NCBI GenBank assembly: GCA_963743555.1
Contig: CAVUQG010000013.1
Span: forward strand, 42,125-106,124
Length of the DNA: 64,000 nucleotides
Reading direction: 5' to 3'
Source of the DNA: an uncultured Solirubrobacterales bacterium
Lineage (GTDB): Bacteria > Actinomycetota > Thermoleophilia > Solirubrobacterales > Solirubrobacteraceae
Shown: piece after piece, positions 61,319-64,000 of the stretch
Numbering within the stretch: position 1 is the first letter of the stretch
How the letters are laid out: each line of letters begins with the position of its first letter
Made by a program: the position numbers and the translations under genes
The notes under the pieces: generated by a model
What the model was told of the DNA's origin: nothing
The model's input: the letters and a program-made list of their open reading frames with translations, nothing else
Database searches by the model: none

Positions 61319-62386
61319 ATGGCCTCTTTGCTGAAGAGAAAGCTGATCGTCGTGACCGGCAAGGGCGGGGTCGGCAAGAGCACGGTTGCGAGTGCCCTAG
61401 GGCTCGCCGCGGCTCAGCAAGGATTGCGCACGATCGTCGTCGAGTTGGGCTCCCAACATCATCTGTCCGACCTCTTCGTCACCGATGAGACGGGCCCGAA
61501 TGGGCCCAATCGGGCGGTGCGTGCCGACGGCGACGAGCACAGCCATCGTGGACACCGGCCCGACCACAAAGATGGCGAGGAGACCGAGCTGCAGGAGGGT
61601 CTCTGGACCATGTCGATCGACCCAGACCGCGCGCTTGGGGAGTGGCTGCAGACCCTCACCGGCCGCATCTCGGCGCGCCTGCTCGCGTCGAGCAGCACCT
61701 TTCAGTACTTCGCGGCCGCGGCTCCGGGCGTTAAGGAGCTGGTGAGCATGGTCAAGCTGCGCGAGCTGTGCGAAGGGCTGGGTGCAGCCAAGAGCGGATC
61801 GAGCGATTCAAGTCGTGAGAGACGGGGCAGAATGGCCTATGACCTCGTCGTGCTCGACGCGCCCGCCAGCGGCCACGCGCTTTCGATGCTGCGCTCGCCG
61901 CAGACATTCTCCGCGATCGTGCGCGTCGGGCCGCTGGCCGAACAGGCACAGGCGCTGCGCGAACTGCTCGATGACGCGCGGCGATCGGCGTACGTCGCGG
62001 TGACCCACGCGAGCGAGATGGCCGTCACCGAGACGCTTGAGCTGGAGGAAGGCTTGCGTCGTGAACTGGACCGAGACCTCGACACGGTGATCGTCAATGG
62101 CACCCTGCCAAGACGCTTCAGCCGGCAGGATTTGGAGCGAATCGCGCTGGCAACCAGGGAAGGCGGCGACGGCGCGGACGCCAATGTCGCAAGCAACGCC
62201 GTGCAAATGGCACGAACCGTCAACGACCGCGCCCGCGTCCAGCTGGCGCAAATAGCCCGCCTGCGCCGTCAGCGGTTTGCCGGCGGCTCACCGCCGGCTG
62301 TGTTGACGGTGCCTTTCGCGTTCGTCCCGGTCTTCGATCTCGACGCGGTGTGCCGAGTCAGCGACCGGCTCAAGGGCAAGATCTGA
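61319..62386 (+). CDS. ArsA/Get3-family ATPase (single domain)
   Basis: [30 protein letters not shown]. Confidence 0.88.
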   Translation: MASLLKRKLIVVTGKGGVGKSTVASALGLAAAQQGLRTIVVELGSQHHLSDLFVTDETGPNGPNRAVRADGDEHSHRGHRPDHKDGEETELQEGLWTMSIDPDRALGEWLQTLTGRISARLLASSSTFQYFAAAAPGVKELVSMVKLRELCEGLGAAKSGSSDSSRERRGRMAYDLVVLDAPASGHALSMLRSPQTFSAIVRVGPLAEQAQALRELLDDARRSAYVAVTHASEMAVTETLELEEGLRRELDRDLDTVIVNGTLPRRFSRQDLERIALATREGGDGADANVASNAVQMARTVNDRARVQLAQIARLRRQRFAGGSPPAVLTVPFAFVPVFDLDAVCRVSDRLKGKI

Positions 62387-62418
62387 GAGCTAGGCCCGCT
62401 ACGCCTCCCCGTCCGGTG

Positions 62419-62456
62419 CCTGAGAAGGTCTTTCCCGATCCCTGAGAAGGTCTTTC
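62419..62456. repeat. 16-bp direct repeat CCTGAGAAGGTCTTTC x2
   Basis: Copies at 62419..62434 and 62441..62456. Confidence 0.8.
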
Positions 62457-62637
62457 AAAATGACCTGCACCTCGCAACACCCCTTTGTATGGAGCTGAGA
62501 TATTTATTTTGGTACCCAACCTTTAGCTAAGCCTTCGCAAAAGGGGGTGGTAGGCAGATCATTCAAAAAGATGAGCCATACACCCAGCTTTCGTAACCTC
62601 CATGAACGCCCGGCGCAGAGCTCATTCTGAAGACGTA

Positions 62638-63552
62638 CTAAGTAATCCCCAGCCGATCGAGCAAGCCCTCATCCCCGCGCCAATCACGTCGCACGCGCAC
62701 CGACAGGTCCAGGTGCACATGGCAATCCAGCTCGCGCTCGATCTCCTTGCGTGCGGCGGAGCCGATCGCCTTGATCATGCGCCCGCCCGCGCCGACGACG
62801 ATCCCCTTCTGGGACTCGGTCTCGACCCACAGCAGTGCCCGTACCCGGACCAAGCCGTCGCGCGGGTGTTCGATCTCTTCAACGATTGCCTCCACGGCGT
62901 GGGGCAGCTCCTGGAAGGTGCGTCTGATCGCCGCCTCACGTACTAGCTCGGCCAGCAACACCGACAGCGGCTGATCTGAGATCGCCTGTGGGGAGAACAT
63001 GAACGGACCTTGCGGCATCAGCTCGGCGAGGTGCTCTACAAGCTCGCCTACACCATTACCGGTACGGGCGGAGATCGGGAATATCTCGCCGCCGAGGTCA
63101 AGCTCAGCGGCAGCCGCCAGAACTGCGACGGTCGTTGCACGGTCGAGCCGATCGACCTTGTTGATCGCGATCGTCACCGACACATCCACCTCGGCGAGCG
63201 CCTGCGCTATGTAGCGGTCGCCGGCGCCGACCCCCTGCTCCCCGTTGAGCACCAGTAGCGCCGCATCGGAGCCCTCCAGTTCCAGTCGCACCCGGACGGC
63301 CATGCGCTCGGTCAGCGTGTCACGGGGACGCTGAACGCCGGGCAGGTCGACAAGCACCATCTGCCAATGCTGCTCGGTACGCACGCCGCGAATCGCCCGG
63401 CGCGTGGTCTGCGGGCGATCGGAGACGATCGCGACCTTGCCACCGACGATCGCGTTGACAAGCGTCGACTTGCCGACGTTGGGGCGGCCGGCCAGCGCGA
63501 CAAAGCCGCTGCGCGTCGCTGCTGCATACGATTCCGTGGCTGCATCGCTCAT
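62638..63552 (-). CDS. era: GTPase Era
   Basis: GRPNVGKSTL, PQTTR, DLPG, NKVD, ELPH, SQKGIVVG KH domain. Confidence 0.96.
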   Translation of the reverse strand: MSDAATESYAAATRSGFVALAGRPNVGKSTLVNAIVGGKVAIVSDRPQTTRRAIRGVRTEQHWQMVLVDLPGVQRPRDTLTERMAVRVRLELEGSDAALLVLNGEQGVGAGDRYIAQALAEVDVSVTIAINKVDRLDRATTVAVLAAAAELDLGGEIFPISARTGNGVGELVEHLAELMPQGPFMFSPQAISDQPLSVLLAELVREAAIRRTFQELPHAVEAIVEEIEHPRDGLVRVRALLWVETESQKGIVVGAGGRMIKAIGSAARKEIERELDCHVHLDLSVRVRRDWRGDEGLLDRLGIT

Positions 63553-63595
63553 AGGGCAACCTGTGGTTGCTGGGTGATGGGGTTGTTCTCGTTTC

Positions 63596-64000
63596 TCACG
63601 AGTTGCCCCAGCGCATGATCTCGGCTTGCAGCGCCAACATCTCGCCATCGTCTGTCTCGTGGTCCATGCCGACGAGATGGAGCGTCCCGTGCACGATCGC
63701 CTCACCCACATCGCTCGTGAAGGCGGGACAGATCACGACATCGCCAAGCTCACGTGGAACGCCGGCTCCAGGAGCATCGGGATCGGCTCCATCGACGGGA
63801 AAGGACAGCACGTCTGTGGGGCCGTCTTTGCGGCGGTGCTCGCCGTTCAGCTCGGCCATGCGCTCAGCACCGACGAACTCGACGGCGAGATGTCCCTCCT
63901 CGACACCGGCCGATGCGAGCGCAAGCGCGCACAGCCGCTGTACCCGCCACTGAGGTAGTGGCCCTGCGAGCAGTTGTGCGCCGAAAACCTCGACCTCGAG
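63596..64000 (-). CDS. ybeY: rRNA maturation endoribonuclease YbeY, 5' end beyond window
   Basis: PTDVLSFP, LGDVVIC, HGTLHLVGMDH; frame open to the window end. Confidence 0.93.
   Translation of the reverse strand, partial: LEVEVFGAQLLAGPLPQWRVQRLCALALASAGVEEGHLAVEFVGAERMAELNGEHRRKDGPTDVLSFPVDGADPDAPGAGVPRELGDVVICPAFTSDVGEAIVHGTLHLVGMDHETDDGEMLALQAEIMRWGNS

Overview
High-GC actinobacterial chromosome segment; gene content and protein style suggest Thermoleophilia/Solirubrobacterales (inference). The left part holds a ~13.1 kb integrative mobilizable element (1234..14338) inserted in the 3' end of tRNA-Gln(CTG), bounded by a perfect 21-bp direct repeat with matching arm-type repeats at both ends. 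It encodes a tyrosine integrase, an excisionase, a MOBF (TrwC-type) relaxase-helicase preceded by an array of similarly built hairpins, and an RHH-type protein. Its cargo is two secreted proteins sharing a collagen linker plus a Cys-containing C-terminal domain (one has 14 FG-GAP repeats), an XRE/Xis pair beside a second orphan attP-like site (degenerate 3' half of a CAT-anticodon tRNA), and a HigBA-type toxin-antitoxin pair. The remaining ~50 kb is core genome: trkA x2, APC-USP permease, hppA, ybdK, rex, tsaD-rimI-tsaB-tsaE, udg, panCDB, uvrA, uvrB, coaE, rpsA, a MocR regulator, polA, malic enzyme, the trp operon, hisIE, era and ybeY. It also carries several small palindromic repeat families and a candidate structured RNA upstream of tsaE. 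Single-base frameshifts in many genes, including housekeeping ones, point to long-read indel errors rather than real pseudogenes. All calls are from reading by eye; no searches were run.
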